64,000 bases of DNA from Parcubacteria group bacterium. Its GTDB lineage: Bacteria > Patescibacteriota > Minisyncoccia > Moranbacterales > GCA-2747515. Positions within the stretch are counted from its first letter, which is position 1, and each line of letters opens with the position of its first letter. The DNA lies in contig JBAZXC010000005.1 in NCBI GenBank assembly GCA_041660065.1, forward strand, positions 292 to 64,291, given 5' to 3'. This document shows positions 40,876 to 50,073 of this stretch, piece after piece. The notes under the pieces were generated by a model. The model did no database searches, was not told where the DNA came from, and was given only the letters and a program-made list of their open reading frames with translations. Made by a program: the position numbers and the translations under genes.

Positions 40876-41817
40876 ATGCTTATCTACATATGTGGTGAAG
40901 AAACATATACAACACATCATAAAGTTGAAGAATTGAAGTCTGCATACATACAAAAAAATGTTGGAGGAGGGAATTGCGTGGTTTTTGACTGTGATGAAAA
41001 GTGTGATGTGTATGAGATCTGTCGCACGATCGGAGCACAGGACCTTTTTGCGTCAGAAAAAATGATCATTATCAAAAATTTTATCCAGTCCACAAAAGCC
41101 GAAGAGCAAAAGATCATGCAAAAAGCAATTTCCGGCACAGATATAATCGTTTTTTGGGAAACGGGTCTGCCACGCAAGAATGCATTTTTAGTGGGTTGGC
41201 TCAACAAAAATGCTGATGAAGTTCTCGAAGGGAAAAAACTCGTTGGTCATGATTTGACCATGTGGATCACACAATATGCCAAAAAATGTAATGCGAAAAT
41301 TGACAGAGAGACGGTCGATGAGCTCGTTCTCTATGTAGGCAATGATCTATGGCGATTGGCACAAGAGATTGATAAATTGTCAGCATATGTGTCCGGACGT
41401 GTCATTGCAGTTGAAGATGTACACGTTTTGGTGCATGGGCAGATTGATGCGGATATGTTTGCAACGATTGAGGCAATCGTTGCACGAGACAAGGGACATG
41501 CACTGACATTGCTCAAAAAACAGCTTGCCAAAGGTGATGATCCCTTCCATATTTTTAGCATGTATACATATCAGATCCGCACGTTGCTTCTCGTTGGTGG
41601 TGCATCACAATGGGGCGTGGTTCAGGATAGAAATGTTGTTGCAAAGCTTGCGGGGGTGCACCCGTTTGTCGCACAAAAAGCACTTCTCCTTGTCAAAAAA
41701 GTCTCACAAAAAGTACTAACAAACGCACATAAGCACCTAACGGTTCTGGACAGAGAGATCAAAACCGGTAAACGGGATGTGCAGAGTGCATTGGATCTTT
41801 TTGTCATGGGGATATAG
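40876..41817 (+). CDS. holA: DNA polymerase III delta subunit
   Basis: GEE.Y, DLFA, VGNDLWRL.QEIDKL..Y, VHPF.A.K, D..IKTG. Confidence 0.9.
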   Translation: MLIYICGEETYTTHHKVEELKSAYIQKNVGGGNCVVFDCDEKCDVYEICRTIGAQDLFASEKMIIIKNFIQSTKAEEQKIMQKAISGTDIIVFWETGLPRKNAFLVGWLNKNADEVLEGKKLVGHDLTMWITQYAKKCNAKIDRETVDELVLYVGNDLWRLAQEIDKLSAYVSGRVIAVEDVHVLVHGQIDADMFATIEAIVARDKGHALTLLKKQLAKGDDPFHIFSMYTYQIRTLLLVGGASQWGVVQDRNVVAKLAGVHPFVAQKALLLVKKVSQKVLTNAHKHLTVLDREIKTGKRDVQSALDLFVMGI

Positions 41818-41877
41818 AAAATGTAAAACAATTATTCACCTTTTTCTACATATTATAAAATTATCTGACAAATGTAC

Positions 41878-41972
41878 GTCTTTGCGAGGAGGAACGACGA
41901 AGCAATCTTAAATATTGAAAAAAATACAGTATATCCAAACAAGTTTGCTTCGTCGTTCCTCCTCGCAAAGAC
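41878..41972. repeat. Perfect 28-bp inverted repeat with a 39-bp spacer (GTC-headed REP/REPIN-like)
   Basis: GTCTTTGCGAGGAGGAACGACGAAGCAA ... TTGCTTCGTCGTTCCTCCTCGCAAAGAC. Confidence 0.85.
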
Positions 41973-42135
41973 AAGAGTTTTAGAGATATTTTCTTGGGAA
42001 AAGGTGAATAGGGACAATGTAAAAAATTGCCAAAATATTCTTTGTGTGGCACTATAATGGAATAAAAGGCATATCACATGTGGTATTGCCGTTTGTTCTT
42101 TTATCAATACATGGAGATAAAAAGGAGAGGAGAAA

Positions 42136-43086
42136 ATGTCGTGGATCATATTTCAACCAATTTACAAGGAGGCGATATGGGGCGGTCTCAATTTAGCAAC
42201 GCTCTTTAGAAGAAAGTTGCCACAGAAATCTTCGCACATTGCAGAAAGCTGGGAAATTGTTGATCGACCCAATAATCAATCTTGCGTAAGGTATAAACAA
42301 CAAAAGACAACATTGAGAGAGGTTATATTATCCGATGGTGCTTACGTGATGGGTCCGAGATGGGACGCACAAGATCGATTTCCGATACTTGTGAAATTAT
42401 TGGATTGCAATGATCGCTTGAGTCTGCAAGTACATCCGCCACATGAAATAGCAAAAAAATTTGGTGGTGATGCTAAGGATGAATTTTGGTATGTGATAGA
42501 AACCACAAAGGAGGAAGCCCAAATTTTTGCCGGTTTGAAAAAAGGTGTGACGCGAGAAATTTTCATACAAGCATTGGATCAAAGGAACCTGGAGTCGTGT
42601 TTGCACGCGGAGAAATGTGAGAAAGGGAAGTCGATCTTTATCCCAAGTGGACGGTTGCATGCGATCGATACAGGGAATGTCATATTGGAAATTCAAAAGA
42701 ATTCCACGACAACATTTCGTGTGTATGATTGGGATCGTCCCGGTCTCGATGGCAAACCGCGCCAATTGCATATTAAGGAGTCACTGTCTAGTACCAATTT
42801 CAGTGATTATGAACCGCATATGCATAAAAATCTCTCAAATGCGATTCTGGCGACGAATTCTTCATTTACTGTGACTGCAACAACGATCGAGCACGCTGGT
42901 AAGCCGCTAGCACTGAGAGCAAACCACTGTCCACGACTATTACATGTTGTGGAAGGCACAGTATTTGACCAGAACACTGGTGCAATTTTGCACATTGGGT
43001 CAACGGCTCTTCTGCCATATGCAGAAAGTTTCTCAATTTCCACAAGTGATGTTGCAAAAGTTCTTGTGACACGTATCCATGTGTGA
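42136..43086 (+). CDS. manA: Mannose-6-phosphate isomerase, class I
   Basis: IWGG..L, AESWEI, FPILVK.LD....LSLQVHP, K.E.WY, G..HAI, EIQ..S.TTFRVYDW.R. Confidence 0.9.
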   Translation: MSWIIFQPIYKEAIWGGLNLATLFRRKLPQKSSHIAESWEIVDRPNNQSCVRYKQQKTTLREVILSDGAYVMGPRWDAQDRFPILVKLLDCNDRLSLQVHPPHEIAKKFGGDAKDEFWYVIETTKEEAQIFAGLKKGVTREIFIQALDQRNLESCLHAEKCEKGKSIFIPSGRLHAIDTGNVILEIQKNSTTTFRVYDWDRPGLDGKPRQLHIKESLSSTNFSDYEPHMHKNLSNAILATNSSFTVTATTIEHAGKPLALRANHCPRLLHVVEGTVFDQNTGAILHIGSTALLPYAESFSISTSDVAKVLVTRIHV

Positions 43087-43194
43087 TGCGTCAAAAATGT
43101 GACAAAAAAATGAAACCCACATACTTGGAGCTACAGTATGTGGGTTTTTCTTCATACAAAAAACATCCCCATAGTGAGGATGCTTTTTGAAAGG

Positions 43195-43464
43195 TTATTT
43201 TTTCTTCATCGCAACAACTTTTTTGTTGAGGCGTGATTTTTTGCGTGCGGCGGTATTTTTTTTGATGACATTCTTTTGCACGGCTTTGTCGAGTGCTTTT
43301 TGTGAAAGTTTCAAATATGTGTCAACCTCCTTTGTGTTATTGGTTGCAATTGCTTTTTCGAGTTTTTTGATTGCTGTACGATATGCACCGCGGGTTTTGC
43401 GATTTGCCTCGGTTTTTTTTGCAGTGACTTTTACATACTTCTTTGCAGCATCGATGATTGGCAT
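43195..43464 (-). CDS. rpsT: 30S ribosomal protein S20
   Basis: MPII.AAKK, RTAIKK, LDKA..KNVIKKNTAARKKSRL; start at ATG 43464. Confidence 0.95.
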   Translation of the reverse strand: MPIIDAAKKYVKVTAKKTEANRKTRGAYRTAIKKLEKAIATNNTKEVDTYLKLSQKALDKAVQKNVIKKNTAARKKSRLNKKVVAMKKK

Positions 43465-43495
43465 AGTGTTATTGAGATAATTGAATTTAAATTCG

Positions 43496-43602
43496 TCCTG
43501 TCGCTCACGAGCGACTGGATACATCCTGCCACTTGCGAGTGACGGGATAAGCATTAGATACCGATCACATCCGCAAAACTGAGAAATTCACGAAAACGAT
43601 CG
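43496..43602 (-). promoter_or_regulatory. Three-hairpin 5' leader of rpsT
   Basis: Hairpins 43562-43602, 43523-43548 and 43496-43519, downstream of promoter TTGCCA-17-TAAAAT (43638-43610). Confidence 0.5.
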
Positions 43603-43640
43603 TTTCTTATTTTTAGCACAGAACTTTGATTTTGGCAAGA

Positions 43641-43821
43641 TTAGATTGGTAGACATTTAGACAGGTAGATTAGTAGACCAGTGAAAGGGTGTATTGTAAA
43701 TATTTTTTTGCGTATATCCATAATGTAGTGGTACACTTGTGATAGAAAGCATTGCCGTTTTAATGATAATTTTGTATACTTTTTGTCTACATTTCTACTA
43801 GTCTAAATGTCTAACAGTCTA
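43641..43821. repeat. Inverted pair of 5x8-bp periodic arrays (TAGA / TCTA cores)
   Basis: ttagattg gtagacat ttagacag gtagatta gtagacca; TCTA at 43786, 43794, 43802, 43810, 43818. Confidence 0.7.
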
Positions 43822-43825
43822 AAAA

Positions 43826-44389
43826 ATGATCGGTTATCTCAAAGGTTCTATTATCGCCAAGACCAAAGATGCTATTATTGTGGATGTTCATGATGTGGGA
43901 TATGAGGTTTTTATGTCTGGTTTTGCTGTGGAAAAAGTTGATGGGGATGTATCTCTTCATATTCATACACATGTGCGCGAACAAGAAATTTCTCTCTATG
44001 GATTTTTGACAAAAGAGGAATTGCGGATGTTCGAGATGCTCATCAGCATTTCCGGTATCGGGCCAAAGGCGGCACTCAATATTCTTTCAATTGCCGACGT
44101 GCCGACATTGTCAACAGCGATCGCGCACAAAGACACAAGCATCCTCACAAGGGTATCCGGCATTGGCAAAAAAACAGCAGAAAAAGTCATCCTGGAACTT
44201 TCCGGAAAAGTTGTCGCACCAATCGATGCGGCAATCGGTAATGCGATGACACACGCTGATGCGATCGATGCATTACGCTCTCTCGGTTATAGCGCATCCG
44301 AAGCGCGCGATGCCTTGAGCAATGTGCCAAAGGACGTGAAAGATGTGGGCGAGTGTGTGCGATTGGCGCTTAAATATTTGGGCAAATAA
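43826..44389 (+). CDS. ruvA: Holliday junction branch migration protein RuvA
   Basis: MIGYLKG, VGYEV, LYGF, ISGIGPK.AL, GIGKKTAEK..LEL, AL.SLGY. Confidence 0.97.
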   Translation: MIGYLKGSIIAKTKDAIIVDVHDVGYEVFMSGFAVEKVDGDVSLHIHTHVREQEISLYGFLTKEELRMFEMLISISGIGPKAALNILSIADVPTLSTAIAHKDTSILTRVSGIGKKTAEKVILELSGKVVAPIDAAIGNAMTHADAIDALRSLGYSASEARDALSNVPKDVKDVGECVRLALKYLGK

Positions 44390-44393
44390 AAAT

Positions 44394-45077
44394 ATGGAAA
44401 AAACATGCGGTGTATTATATGCAGTGGCAACGCCAATCGGTAATCTGGGCGATATGACCATGCGTGCGATCGAGACACTAAAGACTGTTGATCTGATCGT
44501 GTGCGAGGATACGCGTGTGACAGTAAAATTGTTGCGTCACTATGAGATCAACACCAAAACGGTTTCATATCATCAACATACAACGGATGACAAAGCACAG
44601 CGCATTATCGATGAGATCATCGAGGGAAAAAATGTTGCTGTCGTGACGGATGCCGGTACACCGGGCATCAGTGATCCGGGCAATAAACTTGTCGCATTGG
44701 CAGTTGAGAACGGTATTCGCGTTGAGCCGATTCCCGGTCCGTCGGCACTTGGCGCGATTGTTTCCGTTGCCGGCATTGATCTGCAGAAATTTCTCTTTTT
44801 GGCATATCCGCCACACAAAAAAGGACGACAAACATTCTTTCATCAGGTGATCGCATCTGATGTGCCGGTAATTTATTATGACAGCGTGCATCGTGTGATC
44901 AAAAATCTCCACCTCCTCCAAGAATTATCAGAAGAAGAACCACACGTGATCGTCGGACGCGAATTGACCAAAATGCATGAAGAGATCGTGCGTGGCGCAG
45001 TGGCGGAAGTGCTGGCGTATTTTGCAGAACATCCGGATAAAGTGCGTGGCGAATTTGTGGTTATTGTGTGCAAATAA
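44394..45077 (+). CDS. rsmI: 16S rRNA C1402 2'-O-methyltransferase RsmI
   Basis: LYAVATPIGNL.D.T.RA, CEDTR, DAGTPGISDPG, RELTK.HEE, GEFV. Confidence 0.95.
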   Translation: MEKTCGVLYAVATPIGNLGDMTMRAIETLKTVDLIVCEDTRVTVKLLRHYEINTKTVSYHQHTTDDKAQRIIDEIIEGKNVAVVTDAGTPGISDPGNKLVALAVENGIRVEPIPGPSALGAIVSVAGIDLQKFLFLAYPPHKKGRQTFFHQVIASDVPVIYYDSVHRVIKNLHLLQELSEEEPHVIVGRELTKMHEEIVRGAVAEVLAYFAEHPDKVRGEFVVIVCK

Positions 45078-45151
45078 GATCAAAGTGTCATTGCGAGTTC
45101 GCCTATGGTGGACGAAGGTAATTTCAGACAGCATTATTGAAAGCAAAATGC

Positions 45152-45223
45152 TGTCATCCTGAACTTGTTTCAGGATCTCACATGTATGGCTTATATAGAT
45201 CTTGAAACAAGTTCAGGATGACA
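45152..45223. repeat. TGTC-headed double-hairpin element (REPIN-like), copy 1
   Basis: TGTCATCCTGAACTTGTTTCAGGATCT...AGATCTTGAAACAAGTTCAGGATGACA; inverted copy at 59150-59221. Confidence 0.85.
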
Positions 45224-45307
45224 TGGAAATTAAATGAGCTCATAAAAAATTCAAAAATAAAAAACTCCCTTCGTCAGTCGACGGGGGAGTTTTTGAATTT
45301 CAAAAAA

Positions 45308-45643
45308 TTATTTCTTGCGGATAAGCCCAACAACAAGAGAAACGATAAAAAGGAGGATGCCGACAACAAGCAATCCAAACCATGCACCGAGATGTGAAAT
45401 GGATCCGAGCCAGAGCGAAAATCCTGTGAGGACAAATACACCACCGATGATACCGACAAATACGATCGTGAATGTCACAACGGCATTGTGTGTGATGCGA
45501 TTTGCTGTCTCCTCTACGCGTTCAGCGATACGATCTTGTGCGAGCTTGAGAAGCGATCCTGCAAGCTCGGAGATCGCGGACACAACCGGCGAGGAGAGGG
45601 CACTTTCTATTGGTGAGGATTCTTCTTTGTGAGATGGGGTCAT
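45308..45643 (-). CDS. Two-TM membrane protein (YqjE/holin-superfamily-like)
   Basis: Soluble N-terminal helix followed by two TM helices. Confidence 0.6.
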   Translation of the reverse strand: MTPSHKEESSPIESALSSPVVSAISELAGSLLKLAQDRIAERVEETANRITHNAVVTFTIVFVGIIGGVFVLTGFSLWLGSISHLGAWFGLLVVGILLFIVSLVVGLIRKK

Positions 45644-45749
45644 AAATTTTTTCTAAGTGATTACTGTACGTTTACTATACCATGTTTGGCAGGAGAAAAA
45701 AAGAAATCGGCACAGTCAATATAATGATTGTGCCGATCGGACGTTGGTA

Positions 45750-46100
45750 TTAATGAAACACTCCGGAGGGACGTACTTCTGCACGCCGTTCCTCCAGGAG
45801 CTTTGAGAATTGCTCGTCATCATACGCATACTCGGCGGCTTCGCAGAGATACGAGTTAAAACTGAACACGCGCAAGAATCTACAGGCAACTTCCTTTTTG
45901 AGGATCGTCGATCGGATCACAGCTTCCACCACCTTGATGTTTGAGTGATAGTAACTGACGATGTTCCAGATGTCAGTCTCACACAGGCGTTCTGCATGTG
46001 TTGTGATCTGATCGTACATGTCCTTTCCAAGGTTTTTTGAGTTCATTACTGCCTCGATGATGGATTGTGCGTTAGGGGATACGGGAGTTCTAGTAGCCAT
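45750..46100 (-). CDS. Orphan protein, paralog of 46299-46775
   Basis: GGAGGT SD before ATG 46100; shares A[DE]RL and F.FN..LCE.A with its neighbour. Confidence 0.7.
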   Translation of the reverse strand: MATRTPVSPNAQSIIEAVMNSKNLGKDMYDQITTHAERLCETDIWNIVSYYHSNIKVVEAVIRSTILKKEVACRFLRVFSFNSYLCEAAEYAYDDEQFSKLLEERRAEVRPSGVFH

Positions 46101-46161
46101 TGAAATACCTCCATTCATGGGGTTTATTGTTAAATTTACTTCACTAAAAAACCAACTGACT

Positions 46162-46190
46162 ATTATATCACCAAATTGACAATTTGTCAA
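46162..46190 (-). promoter_or_regulatory. Perfect-consensus sigma70 promoter
   Basis: TTGACA-17 bp-TATAAT on the minus strand. Confidence 0.8.
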
Positions 46191-46298
46191 TATTTAGTGA
46201 TAAAAAGTGCCATAAATAAAGGGTTTTTGGCAAAATAAAAACCCGATATGCACAAACGCAGTTGTGCGATATCGGGTGTGGAGGTTCTGGGGCAGTTT

Positions 46299-46775
46299 TC
46301 AGGCGGCGAGAGGTAAAGTGGCGTGGCGTTTGTCCATCACTGGAGTTAAAATGGCCGCTATTTTAGGGTCATTGGTAGCCGCGTCGATCAACCAGAGATT
46401 ATCTGTGGACAGATGCATAATGACTCGCGAAAACAAACGTCGAGCATCCGGAGAATTTCTTTTGTGCATGCTCGCAATGAGCCACACAATGAAATCCTGA
46501 TCATCTTTATGGATTTTTGCAGCAGACTCACAGAGTGTGTAGTTAAACCTGAACGTTTGCGAAAGTTCAGCCTGTAGTGTTTCTGCGGTTGCGATGCCCA
46601 TGCTGATCACTTTCGCGATCAAGCGGACATCATCTTTAAAGGTGATAAAAAAATTCTTCAGATCACTCTGAAAGGTTAATCGATCGGCGATCTGACGAAG
46701 TTCAAATTCTGCAGTAGCAAGATGATTGCCACCACCACGCCTGATTGCCTGAGTACGTTGGATCACTTTGTTCAT
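46299..46775 (-). CDS. Orphan protein, paralog of 45750-46100
   Basis: AGGAGGAGGT SD; promoter TTGACA-17-TAGGAT (46860-46832); hairpin near 46241-46278. Confidence 0.72.
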   Translation of the reverse strand: MNKVIQRTQAIRRGGGNHLATAEFELRQIADRLTFQSDLKNFFITFKDDVRLIAKVISMGIATAETLQAELSQTFRFNYTLCESAAKIHKDDQDFIVWLIASMHKRNSPDARRLFSRVIMHLSTDNLWLIDAATNDPKIAAILTPVMDKRHATLPLAA

Positions 46776-46932
46776 GGGGAGACCTCCTCCTAGGGTTTGT
46801 TGTTGAGGGTAATTGTTAAGGTAAACAGAGTATCCTAGCAGAAAAAGGCGACTTTGTCAACTGCATGCATCATTTTTTCTTGATTTTATAAGGTTTTTCC
46901 TTTATACTTGCTATAGATAATCCTTCTTTTTT

Positions 46933-48363
46933 ATGCATGTTATGACAAAAAATTTTTACATCACGACGACTTTGCCTTATGTTAATGCTGCGCCACATGT
47001 TGGTTTTGCCAGTGAGATCGTGTACGCAGATGCACGTGCACGCTTTGAACGACTCTCAGGCAAGGATGTGGTATTCAATACCGGTACAGATGAACATGGT
47101 AGTAAGATCTGGCAAAAGGCCACAGAAGCAGGAAAGGATCCGCAAACATATGTGGATGAATATGCGACAAAATTTGATGAGCTCAAAAATCTTTTGAATT
47201 TGAGTTACACACATTTCATCCGCACGACAGACGCGCATCACATATCTGCGGCACAGGAAATGTGGCGACGCGTGGATGCCAATGGCTTTATTTACAAAAA
47301 ACAATACAGTGTGAAATATTGCGTCGGCTGTGAATTGGAAAAGACGGATAGTGAGTTGGTGGATGGAGAGTGTCCGCTACACCCTGGGAAAGAATTGGAA
47401 CTTATCGATGAAGAAAACTATTTCTTTAAGTTCAGTGCATTTGGAGAAAAATTGCTTGCACTCTATAAAAACAACCCGGAGTTTGTTATGCCACACAAGA
47501 GACTGAACGAAATCGCATCTTTTGTAGAAGGGGGGTTGCAGGATTTCTCGATCTCGCGACTCAAAGAAAAAATGCCATGGGGTGTTGCGGTGCCGGGCGA
47601 TGACGATCATGTGATGTATGTGTGGTTTGATGCGCTGACAAATTATATCTCCACTATCGGGTGGTTTGATGATGAGAAAAATTTTGAAAAATTCTGGGGT
47701 ACGACTGATGCGCCAAACGCGATTCAAATTGCAGGAAAAGACAATCTGCGCCAGCAAAGCGCAATGTGGCAAGCGATGCTTATGGCGGCAGAATTGCCAA
47801 CAAGCAAACAAATATTTATCAATGGGTTTATCGGTGTGGACGGACAAAAGATGAGCAAATCATTGGGCAATGTGATTGCACCAAAAGAAATGGTAGAAAA
47901 ATACGGGGTAGACGGTACACGCTATCTCCTCCTCACCAAGAGCAACTTCGGCGAGGACAGGGACATTTCATGGGACAAAATGACGGCAAAATATAATGCT
48001 GATCTGGCAAACGGTCTGGGCAATCTCACGGCGCGCATCATCACGCTTGCAGGAGATTTGCAGTATGATGCAGAAAAGATCGAGCACATCGACCTCGCGG
48101 AAGATGTGAATGCAATGCAGATGAATCACGCATTGGAAAAAGTGTGGGAAAGGGTAACACGTGCCAACAAATTCATCGAGGACAACAAACCATGGGAATT
48201 GCGCAAAAACGATGAAGCAAAATTTACCGAAGTGATGGTCACACTATTGCAAGACCTGCATACGATCGCAGTTGCACTGCAACCATTTATGCCGGAATCA
48301 TCAGAAAAGATCGTGAGCGCGCTCAAAACCCGCGAACGCGTAATCCTTTTTGGAAGGATATAA
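46933..48363 (+). CDS. metG: Methionyl-tRNA synthetase (short form)
   Basis: FYITT..PYVN..PHVG, GTDEHG, FIRTT, YC..CE, YVWFDAL.NY, KMSKSLGN; start may be 46942. Confidence 0.97.
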   Translation: MHVMTKNFYITTTLPYVNAAPHVGFASEIVYADARARFERLSGKDVVFNTGTDEHGSKIWQKATEAGKDPQTYVDEYATKFDELKNLLNLSYTHFIRTTDAHHISAAQEMWRRVDANGFIYKKQYSVKYCVGCELEKTDSELVDGECPLHPGKELELIDEENYFFKFSAFGEKLLALYKNNPEFVMPHKRLNEIASFVEGGLQDFSISRLKEKMPWGVAVPGDDDHVMYVWFDALTNYISTIGWFDDEKNFEKFWGTTDAPNAIQIAGKDNLRQQSAMWQAMLMAAELPTSKQIFINGFIGVDGQKMSKSLGNVIAPKEMVEKYGVDGTRYLLLTKSNFGEDRDISWDKMTAKYNADLANGLGNLTARIITLAGDLQYDAEKIEHIDLAEDVNAMQMNHALEKVWERVTRANKFIEDNKPWELRKNDEAKFTEVMVTLLQDLHTIAVALQPFMPESSEKIVSALKTRERVILFGRI

Positions 48364-48373
48364 AATCAATTAT

Positions 48374-48402
48374 GCAGGAGCAGATTTATAATCTGTTTCT
48401 GT
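48374..48402 (+). repeat. GCAG-headed REP-like palindrome, copy 3 (degenerate)
   Basis: GCAGGAGCAGATTTATAATCTGTTTCTGT. Confidence 0.65.
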
Positions 48403-48408
48403 ATCAGA

Positions 48409-49041
48409 TCACAAGTTCTTTGATGTTAAAATATCCTTGGCTTGTGTGAGTCTATCCTCGAAGTTGTCCTCAGTATTTATACACATGAGTCCATGTTTTT
48501 TCGCTTCCTCACTAAAATATTTCCCATATACAATCAATGATTTCGCAGCAAACTTGATTGTTTCCTCATTTTTGGTATTACCCATCAACCAATCGTGATA
48601 CTGGCTGGTATTTTGATATAATCCTTTGAGAATCTCTTCTTTATGTATTTTAACTAAATACATAATTTTAATGTTTGTATTATCTTTGTATTTTTTTACC
48701 AAATGTGGTAGTAGGTGAGTGCCTTCGATAATATAATCCATTTTGCATAACAAGAGATGGTCAATTAGAGATTCCACACCTGGCCACACAGACGTGATCT
48801 CTGTCATGTCAGCGTCAAAGATCTCTTGATCTGTGTAATTTCTAAAAAAATCATCAATCTTATCGGCGTTGAACATTTTCATAAAGGGAAATTTTTTTTC
48901 TCGCTCGTCAGCTTTAAAATAAGGCATAATAATAGGACGGATATTATCGACGGAAAGATAGGGAATTTTGAGTTTGTCACCTAACTCTCTGGACAGAGTG
49001 CTTTTGCCTGCGCGTGGCGAACCACTGATCAAATAGATCAT
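48409..49041 (-). CDS. P-loop kinase-like protein (2-phosphoglycerate-kinase-like)
   Basis: LISGSPRAGKSTL, S.D.IR, IIEG.HLLP. Confidence 0.75.
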   Translation of the reverse strand: MIYLISGSPRAGKSTLSRELGDKLKIPYLSVDNIRPIIMPYFKADEREKKFPFMKMFNADKIDDFFRNYTDQEIFDADMTEITSVWPGVESLIDHLLLCKMDYIIEGTHLLPHLVKKYKDNTNIKIMYLVKIHKEEILKGLYQNTSQYHDWLMGNTKNEETIKFAAKSLIVYGKYFSEEAKKHGLMCINTEDNFEDRLTQAKDILTSKNL

Positions 49042-49152
49042 AAAATTAATTTATATTTAGTATTTATAATAGTACTCTAAATAAAATATATTCACAAAAA
49101 CCAAAAACAGAAAATCCCCAATGACGATGCAGAGGGGATTTTTGATGAGTGA

Positions 49153-49467
49153 TTATTCAACGTGATCGATAAATGTGATTATGCGTTCATAAATGGACTG
49201 GAGCATTTCCAGCGTAAATAGCGTATCACCTTCTAAAAATTCGCGATTTTCTGCGACAAATGACAATAGTTTTATACCTAATCGTGAAGTGACACACTGA
49301 ACAAGTAATTGTGTCAGTAACTCTATGGGTTGTTCAGCATTCTTTTCTAAATAGCTTTGAGAGAATTGTTTTTGATAGGCGATAAATGTTTGCTTAAGTT
49401 GTTCTTGTTGCAAGGCATCTCGTCTTTCAATTTCCTTCAAAGCATTCATTATTGTGGCAGTGTCCAT
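49153..49467 (-). CDS. Orphan helical protein
   Basis: AGGAG SD; terminator-like hairpin near 49111-49143. Confidence 0.65.
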   Translation of the reverse strand: MDTATIMNALKEIERRDALQQEQLKQTFIAYQKQFSQSYLEKNAEQPIELLTQLLVQCVTSRLGIKLLSFVAENREFLEGDTLFTLEMLQSIYERIITFIDHVE

Positions 49468-49511
49468 GTATTTCTCCTAAAATTTGAGGTTAATATGAGT
49501 AGATGCAGTTT

Positions 49512-49922
49512 TTACCAGCGCTCACCATGGATGTAAGCGCCTTCAGATTCCGGAACCTCCGAAAGTATTTCTGATAGAAACCATCCGGCAATAATTCCTT
49601 TTTCTCCCATGTTGAAATGGCTGTTGTGTAGAATTGTATCAAAAAGGAGTATGTGAAGATGTTTTTCTGATTCAGATATTTGAGCATCCTTCCATTTCCA
49701 CTGTTCGAAAGTGAAAAATATTCCAGAAAAGATCCCTCGCCCACGCGCATGGGATTCCTCACTGAAAATACTTGATACATAGTTAACCCACGGGTTATTG
49801 AATTTTGTAAATTCATCCGGACACAGCTCCTTGTTCACGATAAAACGAACGATTTTTCCATTTAACATTTCTCTGGCAAAACCTTCCACCATAAATTTTT
49901 CTACAGTTTTTTGAGTTGGCAT
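49512..49922 (-). CDS. Orphan protein
   Basis: AAGGAG SD; promoter TTGACA-17-TATGCT (50017-49989). Confidence 0.7.
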   Translation of the reverse strand: MPTQKTVEKFMVEGFAREMLNGKIVRFIVNKELCPDEFTKFNNPWVNYVSSIFSEESHARGRGIFSGIFFTFEQWKWKDAQISESEKHLHILLFDTILHNSHFNMGEKGIIAGWFLSEILSEVPESEGAYIHGERW

Positions 49923-50073
49923 GGCACGATCTCCTTAGTTGGTGGTTTGTTTGGCGCATCTTCATTGTGAAAGAACGATTGACAGTCAAGCATATGGCAC
50001 TATCTGCAATATGTCAATTAAAGTTCAACAAATGTTGACAATATATTGACAACAGTATAGGATGAGGATATAT

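Noticed and set aside
43465-43554. 30-aa N-terminal extension of S20
   Set aside because: S20 homology starts at MPII; the extension overlaps the hairpin leader.
20296-44389. Separation of ruvA, ruvB and ruvC
   Set aside because: Unlinked ruv genes are common and all three look intact.
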